Source: Squalus acanthias (taxonomy: Eukaryota). Taken from it: a stretch of 64,000 nt of DNA. The notes beneath the pieces are model-generated. The model searched no databases, was not told the DNA's origin, and worked only from the letters and a program-made list of their open reading frames with translations. A program made the translations under genes and the position numbers. The DNA lies in NCBI GenBank assembly GCA_030390025.1, contig CM059432.1, positions 5,952,001 to 6,016,000 on the forward strand, given 5' to 3'. Of this stretch, positions 24,821 to 38,219 are shown piece after piece (position 1 is the first letter of the stretch; each line of letters starts with the position of its first letter).

Positions 24821-25651
24821 CTATTTTTAAAAAGAAAAGGAAGGGGGGAAAAATCAGTTGGACATGGAAATCAGAATCATCTGAGTTTCAGTGCAGTCAA
24901 ATAAACAAATCCTTTTATTCACCTTCTCTATCTGACAGTAAATCTGATGTACAAATTTTTTTACCGCTCTAGAATTTCTATCAGGAATGAGGTTCAGGAA
25001 ACTAGTCCATCTGCTACCAATGTAGCTGTTTCCCATTAAATTTCCTCTGTGCAAACTGAACCTCATTGAGCACTTCATTCTTTATTTTATCTATTATTGT
25101 TTATCAGTCTCCAGAGAAGCTTTCCATTTTTGACCTGCTTAGTAGAACCAAAGGCACTTCCTGACCAAACAGATAAAACCAACAGACTGCTGTTTAGTGC
25201 CAGGATCATTTCCCCACCTAAATAATTACTCTCGCTGGATCTCAGGTTTTTGAGAGCACGGTTGCTGAGTCAGCAGTATCTCTATTTCTAAATATAATGT
25301 ATTTTGAATTCTCAATTTTCAATGCTAATGATTATACGCCACATGTACTGATGATACAAAAAAGCTTTCCACAGTCTACTTTGAGATTACTGTACCAACC
25401 AATTTCCTAAATGGCTGCAGAGGAGGCCGGAATTGTACGTTTTGTTCAGTCACATCCATTAGGCCGACTCACTGCTCATTATGTCACTTGCCTACAATTC
25501 TATAATCACGTTCCTTCCTATTAATCCTTTCAACACCGTATCATACCACGTCAGTTTGATCAAACTCTGCAAGTTACCAGAAGTAGCTCCTCTTTACACT
25601 ACAGCCACAATTATTAACTTCTCTTCCAAATCGCTCTCCTCACAACACTAT

Positions 25652-26101
25652 GGCCCGGAATTTGCGGTCAGCGGCAAAGCAAAGGCGTTCGCCGCTGCCC
25701 CCGAAGAAATCTGCCCACAAAGATCTCACGAGAAGTTTCCCTTTTTCGACGCACAAGTGATTTCAGTGCGGTATAGTGGGGAATCCCTAGAGCGCTCTGC
25801 TGTGCCGTCAACAAGCTGTCAAAGCAGACAATCACAATGCAGAATTCTCAGACAGGGATTTAACAGCGATATTACCGTGGAAAAGCCCACGTTTTCATCA
25901 GTTTCACTGATTGCCGGCTATGGGGGGTGGGGGGGGGCCACAGCGCAGCCAGTGTCGGAGCAGTGAATGACTGACCGAAACTTCAGGATTTCTGCGTTTA
26001 GATGTGCATGCGCTACAGCCTGAAGTTGCAGTCAGTTTCAAAGGGCTAATAACAACGAACGCTGTTAGTTCACCATTATTACCCACCGTAAATTCCAAGC
26101 C
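25652..26101. mobile_element. Harbinger-like MITE
   Basis: Imperfect TIR ggcccggaatttgcggt / accgtaaattccaagcc; CpG-rich interior. Confidence 0.7.
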
Positions 26102-26544
26102 ATAGTCACGCTTTGCTAATTTTAAACAAATATGCAACCAAAGGATTCAGTGGCAACATTCCAGTTAAGTCACAAGTTATTTTTTTCTGCATTGGAACTC
26201 TCCACTCTTTAAATAGTACCCTGGATTTTCTGTTCCCAGCTGCCCATTCTACCTGTATAAATTGAGCCGGAAGCGGAAAACGAACAGGAGTTCTGCTGGA
26301 ACTCTGTCCACTCTGCATCCTGGAATAATAGTGTCGGAATCACCCAACTCAAATGGGCGGGCTTCGTTTAAATATGAATTTGGGGTGGAAATGACCTGCA
26401 CCACGATTTCCTGCCATTCAGGTGTAAAACAAGCCCACGTGAAATAGCCACCTGAAGTTGCTAGCCAGTGGCAAGTATATGGAAAGTAAGTATATTTCCG
26501 CCATTTCTTAACCATTTTATTTTTCTTGTGTGTTTTGTGGCATT

Positions 26545-27003
26545 TAGGAACATAAGAACATAAGAATTAGGAGCAGGAGTAGGCCATACGGCCCCTCAAG
26601 TCTGCTCCGCCATTCAATAAGATCATGGCTGATCTCCATATCCAGTGATTCCCCTAGAATCCAAAAATCTCTCTCAGCCTTGAATATACTCAACGACTGA
26701 GCATCCACAGCCCTTTGGGGTAGAGAATTCCAAAGACTCTCAACCCTTTGAGTGAAGAAATTCCTCTTCATCTCACTCTTAAATGGCCGACCCCTTATCC
26801 TGAGACTATGCCCCCTAGCTCTAGGCTCTCTAGCCAAGGGAAACAACCTCTCAGCATCAACCCTGTCCATCCCCCTCAGAATCTTATATGTTTCAATGAG
26901 ATATCACCTCATTCTTCTAAACCCCAGAGACTAAAGGCCCATTCTACTCAATCTCTCCTCATAGGACAACCCTCTCATCCCAGGAATCAATCTAGTGAAC
27001 CTT
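26545..27003 (-). mobile_element. CR1 LINE 3' fragment
   Basis: DRVDAERLFPL...RGHSLRIRGRPF...LWNSLPQ; (taagaaca)n tail. Confidence 0.88.
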
Positions 27004-29782
27004 GGTACTCATGAGCATTTATTCCATTTGTTGTAATTCATTTTTGTCCCCAGTGCATCACTGGCACCAATGGGTTTCCCCCAATACCAAGTGTTTGGAA
27101 GAAGAGAAGGAGCAACAAAGGTATATCAAGGTGGTCAGACTGCACCAGAGGTGCTCTGTGCCCACTCATCAGTTATCCACATCTGCAGACAGAGATGAAC
27201 AAACTTTGCTTTGTTTGATGATTAATCTGTGACCTGACTCCAACTCCTTGCAGGTATGCTCCAATGCTGACCTATGAGGATAGTGCTGTGGATTGGCAGA
27301 GAGGGTACAAATGCACCATGGGTTTCCTTTCCCTTCAATATTGCCTGCCCTGTTTCCCTTCCATGTTGGCAAAGGCCGATCATAATTTGAGCCTTTCCAA
27401 ATACCATTAGAATTTCTGTTCCCCTATTCTGACAATTGTTTCCATCCCTTTAATTTTCAGTAATATGAAATATTCCATTCCGATTACAAATGTATTCCTT
27501 GCACCATCCAAATCTACAGCTGAGCTAACTATGAAAATTGTGTGCAAATGGCACACTTCAGTTGAGAGTCAGTCTAAACTTTCATTACCATTCGGTTCTA
27601 AACCATGTTAATAGTGGAAAATCTTGGTTAGTGTTTCTTCTTTGCTTTCACCACCAGATCTTATTCCTCTTGTGGTTAACTACTACAGCACTAGCTCCTT
27701 CCCTTGTGAGCCTCCAATGTGAACTCTATGTTGCCATAACTTTGAATCAGTTCCGAAACTTGTGGTGGAGCAAAGCTCTCCAAGACACCAATGTGATTGT
27801 TCAATCCTTTGGGCAAAATTGCACTACAAGAATTATACGGCTGTTGCAGTATAGAACAGCTAAAAGAAAGTTTTGTCCAAAAGTGCAATGAACAAGTTGG
27901 AAACTGCAGTGTTGTGTTACCAATTAGGACCACAAGAGGCTGCCAAAGCATTATAACTTGCTGGCAGCTTCTAGTGGCCAATGACAAGCACTACAACCAT
28001 AAAATGGTTAGAAGGCCTGTACATTTTATACCAGGATCTGAAGATTTTGACACCATCTTCAAAACAAAAATCTGTCCGACCCTTAGAAATGAGCTTTCTT
28101 TAAGATGTCCTTTTATATCATTCTTTTTTTTTTTGCATTCACAGGACGTAAACAAGGTTTTCTACTTGTTCTAAAAACTTTCAAAGCTTTACAGGAACCA
28201 TTTGTTGCAAGATTTCTGACCTAAATTATAGTGCCTTTATTCCACTGGACTGTACACGGAACAGTTGTTATTCATGTTGTGGTTTAGGATTCTACTTGTG
28301 AAAAACAGCCAATTCAGTTCTATAGCCATTTCTCACATTGCATTAGCTGAAATTTACAAAAACAATTGGTTGTATTCTTCTGTATATAAAAATGATCAAT
28401 GTAGCTGAAAGTTTTTATTAATTGTTTTGCTCGCCATTTTATACAGAATTCATATTAAGTTTATTATGGTACATCTCAGATAAAACTCTTCTGGAGACTA
28501 ACATTCTACAGTCGACGAACTTTGAGCTGCTGTGCTCCACCTTTATCTTCCAGATTATCTTCTCCTTTTCCGATCAGTGTGGTAGTAGCTGTAATAAACA
28601 CTCATTTGACAGGGGCCTCTTTCCTCTGAAGCACACAATGTAACAGGGTTAGCCTGATCTTTAAATTTAGAAGCTGGGTGGATAACATAAAAAGGAACAA
28701 TGTCAAACTTATTGACGTACCTGTCCTGAGCAGGGGGATTAAGTCAAAAGAACGTTTAGCTTGTCCGCCTCCAGATCTATTCTACACTGAGTTGCTGATC
28801 ACAGTTAGGTTAGAGTTGACTCGTCCTCAAGATCCACAAACTCCATTCAAACAGTCAGCTGCAAGCATGATAAGCACTTTCATGATAAGAAGTCTGTAAC
28901 TTGGCAGTCAGTAGCTATCAGCATAGGAAGCTTCAATGGGCTTTCCACCACAATGTGAAATCACCAAGTTACATCCTTTCCAGCGCATTGTCCATGGAAA
29001 ATACTGATCCTGATTAACTGACATGATAAAACTCAGGTCATCCCCAAATATGGCTCCTTGGTCAAAACATTCAAGCTTTCTTCATCAAAGGAACTCATCA
29101 ACATTCCCTTGTCCATCTTCCATTGCTAACCTGGCAGATTTCCTGAAGTTAAACAAAGCAAATGCTTTAAATCGAGAGAATCAGCTGCTGCTTTCTAGAT
29201 ACAATGACGCATGTAGTGCATATTCAAATGATATTCATGATCTGGCCATGCTGAATCTGGCAAGGTCAGCTCTCACACCAGTAGTGCACTTCCATGCCAT
29301 TTCAGCCAGCATCAGTAAATTGGCCCTTTTATAAGAACTTTCCCACCTATTGCACCAGGGAGTTGAATATAGATGGTTCAAATGAAGTCTAAATTAGTGT
29401 TCTTTTCCTTAGAACAAAGGTGAAGAGAAGATCTGAATTATGGAGTGTTTAGAACCACAGATGCATAAATGTTTACAGCAAGGAGGAGGCCATTTGGCCC
29501 ACTAAGTCTGTGTTGGCTCTTTACTAGAACAATCGAAAATTAATCCCACTACCCCGCTCTTTCCCCATAGCCCTGTATCTTCCTCTAAGTATTTATCCAA
29601 TTTTCCTTTAAATGATGCAATGGTCTCTGCCTCAGCCGCTCCCTGCCGCAAAGCATTCTATGCTCTAACAACCCTCTGCCGAAAGAATTTCTTTCAAAGC
29701 TCTCTCCTCACTCTGTGACTATTTTTAATTGATGACCCCTCGTAACTGACTCCCCAACAAAAGGAAATAGACCTTCTCTATT

Positions 29783-30665
29783 CAACAACAACTTGCATTT
29801 ATATAGCGCCTTTAACGTAGTAAAACATCCCAAGGCGCTTCACAGGAGCGTTATAGAACAAAGTGTGACACCGAGGAACATAGGAGATATTGGGGCAGAT
29901 GACCAAAACATTGGTCAAAGAGGTAGGTTTTAAGGAGTGTCTTAAAGGTGGGGAGAGAGGTAGAGAGGCGGAGAGGTTTAGGGATGGAATTCCAGAGCTA
30001 AGGGCCTCGGCAGCTGAAGGTACCGCCGTCAATGGCGGAGCGATTAAAATCGGGGATGAACAATAGGCCAGAATTGGAGGAGCGCAGATACTTCGGAGGC
30101 TGTAGTGCTGGAGGAGGTTACAGAGATAGGGAGGGGCGAGGCCATGGAGGGTTTTTAAAATCAAGGTGTTGCTCAACCGGGAGCCAATGTAGGTCAGCGA
30201 GCACAGGGGTGATGGGTGAATGGGACTTGGTTAGGATACAGGCAGCAGAGTTTTGGATGAGCTTAAGTTGATGGAGGGTGGAAGATGGGAGGCTGGCCAG
30301 GAGTGCTTTGGAATAGTCAAGTCTAGAGGTAACGGCGGCATGAATGAGAGTTTCAGCGGCAGATGAGCTGAGGCAGGCCGGAGTCGAGCAATGTTACAGT
30401 GGTGGAAGTACTTAGGAATGACATTGATATGTGGTCGGAAGCTCATCTCGGGCTCAAGTACGACCCCAAGGTTGCAAAGAGTCTGGTTCAGCCTGAGACA
30501 GTTGTCAGGGAGAGGGATGGAGTCAGTGGCTCGGGAACGGAGTTTGTGGCGGGGACCGTAGACAATGGCTTTGGTGTTCCCAATATTTAGTTGGAGGAAA
30601 TTTCTGCTCATCCAGTACTGGATGTCGGACAAGCAGTCTGACAATTTAGAGACAATGGAGAGGTC
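29783..30665 (-). mobile_element. L2 LINE 3' fragment nested in an older CR1 fragment
   Basis: SDCLSDIQYWMSRNFLQLNIGNTKAI; tail gcgctatataaatgcaagttgttgttg; CR1-like sequence on both sides (~29455-29782 and ~30665-30900). Confidence 0.85.
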
Positions 30666-32230
30666 GACCTTTCACAGTTTTAAAATACCTCTATTAAACT
30701 CCTTCTTTGTCTTTTCTTTTCCGGTGGAAATAGTCCCAGTGTTTCAGATCATAACTAGTTTCCCATCCCTGGCGTCATCGTGCTGAATCTGCCCTGCATG
30801 CTTACTGTGGCTTTAATGTGCTTTCTGCGGCTTTAATGTGCTTTCTGCAATAGGGTGCCCAAAATTGTATACAGTACGATAACTGTGGCCTAACTAATGT
30901 TTTGCATACATTCATTACACTCTTTACACTTGTACTCAATGCTGCTATTTATAAAACCCAAAATGCTATTGGCTTTTCTTTTGGCTCTTTATCTGCACTG
31001 ATATTTTCAGGGAATTCTGTATTTGAAACGCTAGAAAAGCAATGTTGCCATTGGCAGGAGACAAATAGCAATGGGTGCCATTCAGAAGAAAGTCTTAAGC
31101 ACTACTGGATGAGGGATAAAAATGTCCCGAGTGAAAATGGGAGCACAGCAATGCAAATTGCTTATAAGGGAATGGTTGTCCTTGTTACAACAAAGGCTAA
31201 CTGTGTCCGGAGACTGAATCAATGATAGAAAATTATTGTTAATCTTGATGCTTGCACATCATTCTAAATTTAAACACTGCAATATAATGAAATCATTTTG
31301 ATCGGTAATGTTAATTGAAACCAAATCTTTTATACATGGGTGGAAAGAATGTAGCATATATCTTTTGAAGACTAAAGTAGAACATGAAGCACCAGTTTGC
31401 AATCAAGGCAACGATCTCAACTTGCCAGAAAAAATAGAAATAGTTGCAAGCAGCCTGAAAAGTTAATATTTATTTGGGAGCATTTCAATCATAAAGTTAA
31501 AAAAAAGATAAGAGTCAAAATGGAACATTTGAGGAGCCAAGGAAGTGGAACATCAAAAATCAAATGAATCACAAGAACAAGGGCAACTAAGTATTCATAG
31601 GCGCCACCATGCAGTTACAGACCCACTAACCATTTTCTTTTGTAAAATTGTTTAGCATTCTTCCTTTGTCCTACAATTTTAAATCCCAATGACAGTTTGA
31701 TTTATCTAATTTTCTCTCTTACTCTGCTCAGCCTAGATTGTGTCGCTCCACTATGGCTCTTGGCCTTTCACCCAAGTTTCTCAATGTAAAACCAAGACCT
31801 CAAATTTCCACCAGCTCTAATCTGCCACTGTAAGTATGGTGGCGCGGGGCCTCTACCCACCAACCACCACCCCCCATCAATGGAAGCCCCCTGATTCTGT
31901 CCCATTTCCCAGAGCCAGGGGCATTTAAATATTCACGTTCAAATGCTCGCACCATTCGCACAGTACCAGAGGCACCACCCTCAGATTGGGGGGGCGGAAG
32001 AAAGAGAGTAAGGAAAACTCATTATAGAACTTTGCTGCAGCAAACATGGGCCCACAGTGCATGCGAATATTTGAAAAAAAAAATAAAAAGTGGCTTTTTA
32101 TTTTAATAGATTGGTTTCCATACAACAGTCTTCCTTTGCACCCAGTGTTGCAATGCAGCACTGGACGATGTATTATCCTCAATTGCATGGCAGAAAATAT
32201 GCCCCCCATACATGCGCAAGCATATTATAT

Positions 32231-32384
32231 AACAGAAAATGCTGGAAATGCTCAGGTCAGGCAACATCTGTGGAGAGAGAAACAGAACTCTGTTTCTCTC
32301 TCCACAAATGCAGTCTGACCTGCTGAGTATTTCCAGCATTTGCTGATTTTATTTCAGATTTCCAGCATCCACAGTAATTTTGCT
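32231..32384. mobile_element. Palindromic Penelope-derived mini-insertion with 14-bp TSD
   Basis: Two opposed copies of the pLTR end (ctctctccaca...gacctgctgagtatttccagcattt); TSD caagcatattatat at 32217-32230 and 32385-32398. Confidence 0.85.
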
Positions 32385-33187
32385 CAAGCATATTATATGT
32401 CTGCCTCCACTGTAAGTGGAAACTTTGCCAGTCACAAAAAGGGACAGACAGGGACAGGTAACCATGTCCCACCCAATTTACACCCTCGCCTGCCAGATTA
32501 CAGCATTTTTATAAAAGCAAATTTGGGACTCAAGTCACAATCTATAACACTTTAGTTATTTATTTTATTAAGCTCTTGTATGTACAATGACTTCTATTTT
32601 CTACATTAGGTTCAAATTCACCTCTTGTCACACACGGATTTATCTGTGAATGCATTTGTCCTCATAGCAACACTACAACAACAACAACAACTACAACTAT
32701 TTATATAGCACCTCCAACATAGTAAAATGTCCCAAGGCACTTCACAGGAATGTTATCAGAAACAATTTGACACCGAGCCACATTAGGACCAGTGACCAAA
32801 AACTTGGTCAAAGATGTAGGTTTTAAGGAGTGTCTTTAAAGGAGGAGAAAGAGGTAGAGAGTGAATTCCAGAGCTTAGGACCAACACAATAAGGGAGGGA
32901 AGGGAAAGGAAAGGAGAAAAAATATAAAGACTTGTATTTATACAGTGCCTTTCACAACCAATTAAGTACTTTTTGAAATGTAGTCACTGTTGTTATGTTG
33001 GAAACGCGGCAGCCAATTTGCGCATAGCAAGATCCTACAAACAGCAATGTGATAATGACCAGATAATTTGTTTTAGTAATGTTGAAGACATGGCTGTCAA
33101 TGGAGAAGCGAAGGAAATCAGGGATGCGCAAGAGGCCAGAATTGGAGGAGCGCACAAGCTACAACTTTTTGTTTGCCAGCAGCTCAA

Positions 33188-33920
33188 GAATAGAGTCATA
33201 GAGTTATACAGCACAGAAAGAGGCCCTTCGGCCCATCGTGTCCGCACCGGCCATCCAGCCCTGTCTATTCTAATCCAATTTTCCAGCACTTGGTCCGTAG
33301 CCTTGTATGCTATGGTGTTTCAAGTGCTCATCTAAATGCTTCTTGAATGTTGTGAGGGTTCCTGCCTCTACCACCCTTTCAGGCAGTGAGTTCCAGATTC
33401 CAACCACCCTCTGGGTGAAAAAGTTTATCCTCAAATCCCCTCTAAACCTCTTGCCCCTTACCTTGAAACAATGCCCCCTGGTTATTGACCCCTCTACTAA
33501 GGGGAAAAGTTCCTTTCTATCTACCCTATCTGTGCCCCTCATAATTTTGTACACCTCAATCAAGTCCCCCTCAGCCTTCTCTGCTCTGAGGAAAACAACC
33601 CCAGCCTGTCCAGTCTCTCTTCATAGCTGAAGTGCTCCAGCCCAGGTAACATCCTGGTGAATCTCCTCTGCACCCTCTCCAATGCAATCACATCCTTCCT
33701 ATAGTGTGGCGACCAGAACTGTGCACACTATTCCAGCTGTGGCCTAACTAGCGTTCTGTACAGCTCCATCATAACCTCCCTGCTCATATATTCTATGCCT
33801 CGGCTAATGACGGCAAGTATCCCATATGCCTTTTTAACCACCTTATCTACCTGTCCTGCTGCCTTCAGGGATCTATGTACATGCACACCAAGGTCTCTTT
33901 GATCCTCTGTCCTTCCTAGG
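33188..33920 (-). mobile_element. CR1 LINE 3' fragment
   Basis: IEVYKIMRGTDRVDRKELFPL...TRGH...WNSLPERVVEA. Confidence 0.88.
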
Positions 33921-35064
33921 ACAATGTTACAGAAGTAAATGTTACATAAAGCATTCCTAGCATTCAGCTTCAGATGCCTACTGGGAAGTTAAGCGTGGAG
34001 GTCAGTGCAGCTTTCATTTTAATGGATAGAAACTAATTCAAGCCACAAATTGGGTATACTGACCTCCGCGCTAAAACTCCCGATATACGTTCCTGCATTG
34101 GGAGTACTAAACGGTAAAATTCATCCAATAATGAGCAGGTTTAAGTACAAAATAAACATTGGGTCCGATGAAGTTAGGCCACTATCTCTGCTAAGGTACA
34201 ACTACCACCGTCTTTGACAAATGTCTGAATAGCTGGAATAGTTCTTGACTGGGGCAGAGATCGCATCATATAGAAGGTAAGTGGCTTTTTCGATAACATT
34301 TGGTCCATGTGATTTCCTGGACTGGTTTTGATCACCTGAGAGCGGCGGGAGGCGGGGGGGGGGGGTGGTCGCAAATGAATTTTGCAGCCGATTTTCCCTG
34401 GGTTTTTCTGCCTCTCCCAAGAGATTTCATGGTTGCAGAGGGGTGGGTGGGAAGTGTTTAGTCATGATGCTCCAGCCATGAGGTATGGGACAGGCTTGAT
34501 GGACCAGCTGGTCTTTTCCTGCATGTCAATTTTGTATGTTCATACCATTAGAGATTATTTCTGAGGTTTCTTGGCTTGACTCTGCTCAGCTGCATTTATT
34601 GATCATTCACCAGTGGGCTTTTATTCAAAATAATACTTTTGACTTATAAAGTTAAAAAAAAAAATCACACTTCCTTAACAGCTCACTCAGTCAAGCCAAT
34701 TCTATAATTTACACAGCATGCTAGATATTTCTACCATAATTTTGGGAAGGGAAACACCCTAACCATTTTCTCAAAGTAATCTCATGCTTAAGATCAACTT
34801 TCATGAGATCAAATACTGCGAGCAATCAACAAACTCCCATGTACATACCCAATCCAATCAATAGTAGTGTAATACATGATGCATACAAGAGTGGATCAGT
34901 GACATATCAGTGTGCTGTGACGGAACAATAGGGCCAATATTCCTGGGTGCTGGAAGGCAGGCTGGGCCAGGCTGTCCCCACGCCTGTAGAGAGTTCAACA
35001 GTGCTGTAGCAGGACCATCTGGGGACAGTGCTTGAGGAGATCAAGGGCCACCCATTCCAAGGAG

Positions 35065-35720
35065 CAGTAGGAGCAAATAAGGCCATAAAAAAGCAAAGCA
35101 CTGGGGTTCATTTCTTGAGGGATAGAGCTGAAAAGCAGAGAAGTTACATTAAACTTGTACAGATCCCTGGTTAGACCACACTTGGAGTACTATGCACAGT
35201 TCTGGTCTCCATATTATAAAAAAAAAGATATAGAGGCACTGGAGAAGGTGCAACAAAGGTTTACTAGAATTATACTAGAACTGAAAGGTTATACCTATTA
35301 GGAAAGATTGAACAGTCTGGGGCTCTTTTCTCTCAAAAAAAGAGGTGACTTGATAGAGGTCTTCAAGGTTATGAAAGGGTTTGATAGGGTAGACATAGAA
35401 AAGATGTTCCATTTGCGGGGAGACCAGAACTACAGGCCATAAATATAAGATACTCACTAATAAATCCAATAGGGAATTCAGGAGGAACTTTTGTACCCAG
35501 AGTGGTGAGAATGTGGAACTCACTACCACAGGAAGTGGTTGAGGCGACTAGCATTGATGTATTTAAGGGGAAGCTAGATAAACACATGAGGGAGAAAGGA
35601 ATAGAAGGATATGTTGATGGAGTGAGATGAAGAGGGATGGGAGGAGGCTCGTGTAAACACTGGAATGGGCCTGTTGGGCCGAATGGTCTGTTCTGGTGCG
35701 GTAAATACTGTGCAATACTA
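35065..35720 (+). mobile_element. CR1 LINE 3' fragment
   Basis: gttagaccacacttggagtac (VRPHLEY) through the 3' UTR; same subfamily as 22278-23110. Confidence 0.85.
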
Positions 35721-37457
35721 TGTAGAAGAACAGGTCACCAGGCACCCAGGACACCGCAATGGAAAACAGTGGGCAAGCAGAGAAAACCATGGCGATAAAG
35801 AGTAGGCATTCACATAAGAATTGCATTTTAATAAATCACTATTAGAACTTGATGACTATTCTATTTGTGCCTTTTTGGTGTAGACGAACAGGGAAAACAA
35901 GTACGGGTGTGCATACTTAAGATTTGGGAATAGCAGGAAAGTACAGGCTAGACTGAGCGTTTTCCTTTTGTACTGATTGTAGGATAGCTTGTATGGACAG
36001 GTGGAAGGAGCATTCCTGCCCTTTGCTAGTGAAGCAGTTTATGACGGCTCCGGAGAAGGCCAGGCAAATACCTTAAACAGGTGTCAAGGGGGCTTGTGTT
36101 TGTTGCTACTCTTAAGCCTCCAAATAAGTCATCTCGTAAAAGAAAGGAGGGGATCTGCTATATTAAATACGCCATCCTGCAGAGTGTGAAAAAGACTCCC
36201 AGCATTCGGCAACAATTTCTGAAGCTGCAAAACCATTCTTTATTCAAAGGGCCAAAAATAAAGACCAGATAGTACCTAGATTGGAGCTCGAAAAGCTACA
36301 GCACCAGGTGTTTCTGGGAGCAGTTTGCTCTTGGATTGCATCCGGCGCTACAGCAGGAAATTGGAGTGTCCGAGTCTCACCCATTTTGTTGCATTCAGTG
36401 CACCCTCTTTAGGCGTAACATGTGAAAAAAGTCATACAGGAACACCACTGCAGTGCCGTACAGGTGCAAAATAGGGGCAAAGGATGAGCACTCATTTTCC
36501 CTGAGACCATCACGAGTTTTTCAGACACTTTTTCAGCACTAAACCCAGGAAATTCGCCGTTGCGATTCTCCACATAAGTTCCCAAACCTAGCAGTGTGCA
36601 AATACGTAAAGAGCTTGACAGAAGGTTGGCACTTCTCTACAGCCAAAGAAAGAAGGCAAGTTACCCCATGACACTGATTTTTTGGTTTTTGAGTGGCACC
36701 GAGATACGCTTTAGAAGAGTTTTCCCACCTGTTCTTTGGGGCAGGATATATTACATAATGCACAACAGCCAGAGAAGTAAAAAATAGTCATGACAATTAA
36801 AAAGCATTAAATCCTGCGCAAGATCAAAATTTAGTCTTGATCATTTCATATCATATTCTTTCCGTACAAGAATAATGTTAATATCAAACATTAGCACAAA
36901 AAGCAACCAAAAAGGCTAGTGGAATATTCACCTTTATAACTAGGGGAGGAAGTTATGCTTCAGTTGTGTAGCGCGTTGGTCAGACCCCATCTGGAGCACT
37001 GCGATCAGTTTTGAGCACCGGAATTCAGGAAGGATATATTGGCCTTAGAAGGGGTGCAGCCGGGGCTTAGAGGATTAAATTATGAGGCTAGGTTGCATAA
37101 ACTTGGGTTATATTCCCTTGATTATAAAAGAATGAGGGATGATCTGATCGAGGTGCTTCAATTGTAAAAATAATTCGTCAAGGTAGATACAGAGAAACTA
37201 TTTCCTCTGGTGGGGGAAATCAAGAACGAGGAGGCATAATCATAAAATTAGAGCTAGGCCATTTAGATTGAAGAAAATAACAGAATCATCATAAATATGT
37301 TTAATGTCTTAATAAGAACAGTAACTTTTCTATTGATGTTAAGAACATACGAATTAGGAGCAGGAGTAGGCCATACGGCCCCTCGAGCCTGCTCCGCCAT
37401 TCAATAAGATCATGGCTGATCTTCGACCTCAACGCCACTTTCTCGCCCGATCTCCAT

Positions 37458-38219
37458 AGTTTTGCCAAAAGTCATCCAGAATTTGCTGTCTTTTTTCACA
37501 ATATGGCAGGTTTGTGGCTGCATAACCCCAAATTTTCTTGCCAATTAGTTCAGCCACGTCAGCATTTCTAACTCCTATTTTCTCAGCAACAGATAGCTCT
37601 TTTCAGCATGAAAGATTGCTATTTCCGGGCAGAAGAGCAGAGTTTGCCACTTTCTTTAGATGCTTTTACCATGTTGGAATGCTGTGCGAGTTCAGTGCAG
37701 CAGTATGCTTGTGTTGTGATGCAGCATGACTCCAGCATGATGATGTATGGTATTGGCTCAGCTAGCATCAAATCCCTTACTGCTTGCGTCGTGACGGGCA
37801 ACTGCATCACGACATGATATGCCACTCACCCCCAACTTGGATGTATTGCAAACTATAAGAATTAGGAGCAGGAGTAGGCCATATGGCCCCTCGAGCCTGC
37901 TCCGCCATTCAATAGCATGGCTGATCTTCGACCTCAACTCCATTTTCCCACCCGATCCCTATATCCTTTGATTCCCCGAGAGTCCAAAAATCTATCGATC
38001 TCAGCCTTGAATATACTCAACGATTCAGCATCCACAGCCCTTTAGGGTCGAGAATTCTAAAGATTCACAACCCTCTGAGTGAAGAAATTGCATCTCATCT
38101 CAGTCTTAAATGGCCGACCCTTTATCCTGAGACTATGCCCCCGAGTTCTAGACTCTCCAGCCAGGAAAAACAGCCTCTCAGCATCTACCCTGTCAATCCC
38201 TCGCAGAATCTTACATGTT
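37458..38219 (-). repeat. Arm A of a ~760-bp inverted segmental duplication (non-CR1 segment plus CR1 3' end)
   Basis: Reverse complement of 41335-42094, including the identical CR1/flank junction. Confidence 0.92.

Noticed and set aside
30806..30848. 20-bp tandem duplication (ggctttaatgtgctttctgc x2)
   Set aside because: Ordinary slippage inside an old LINE fragment.
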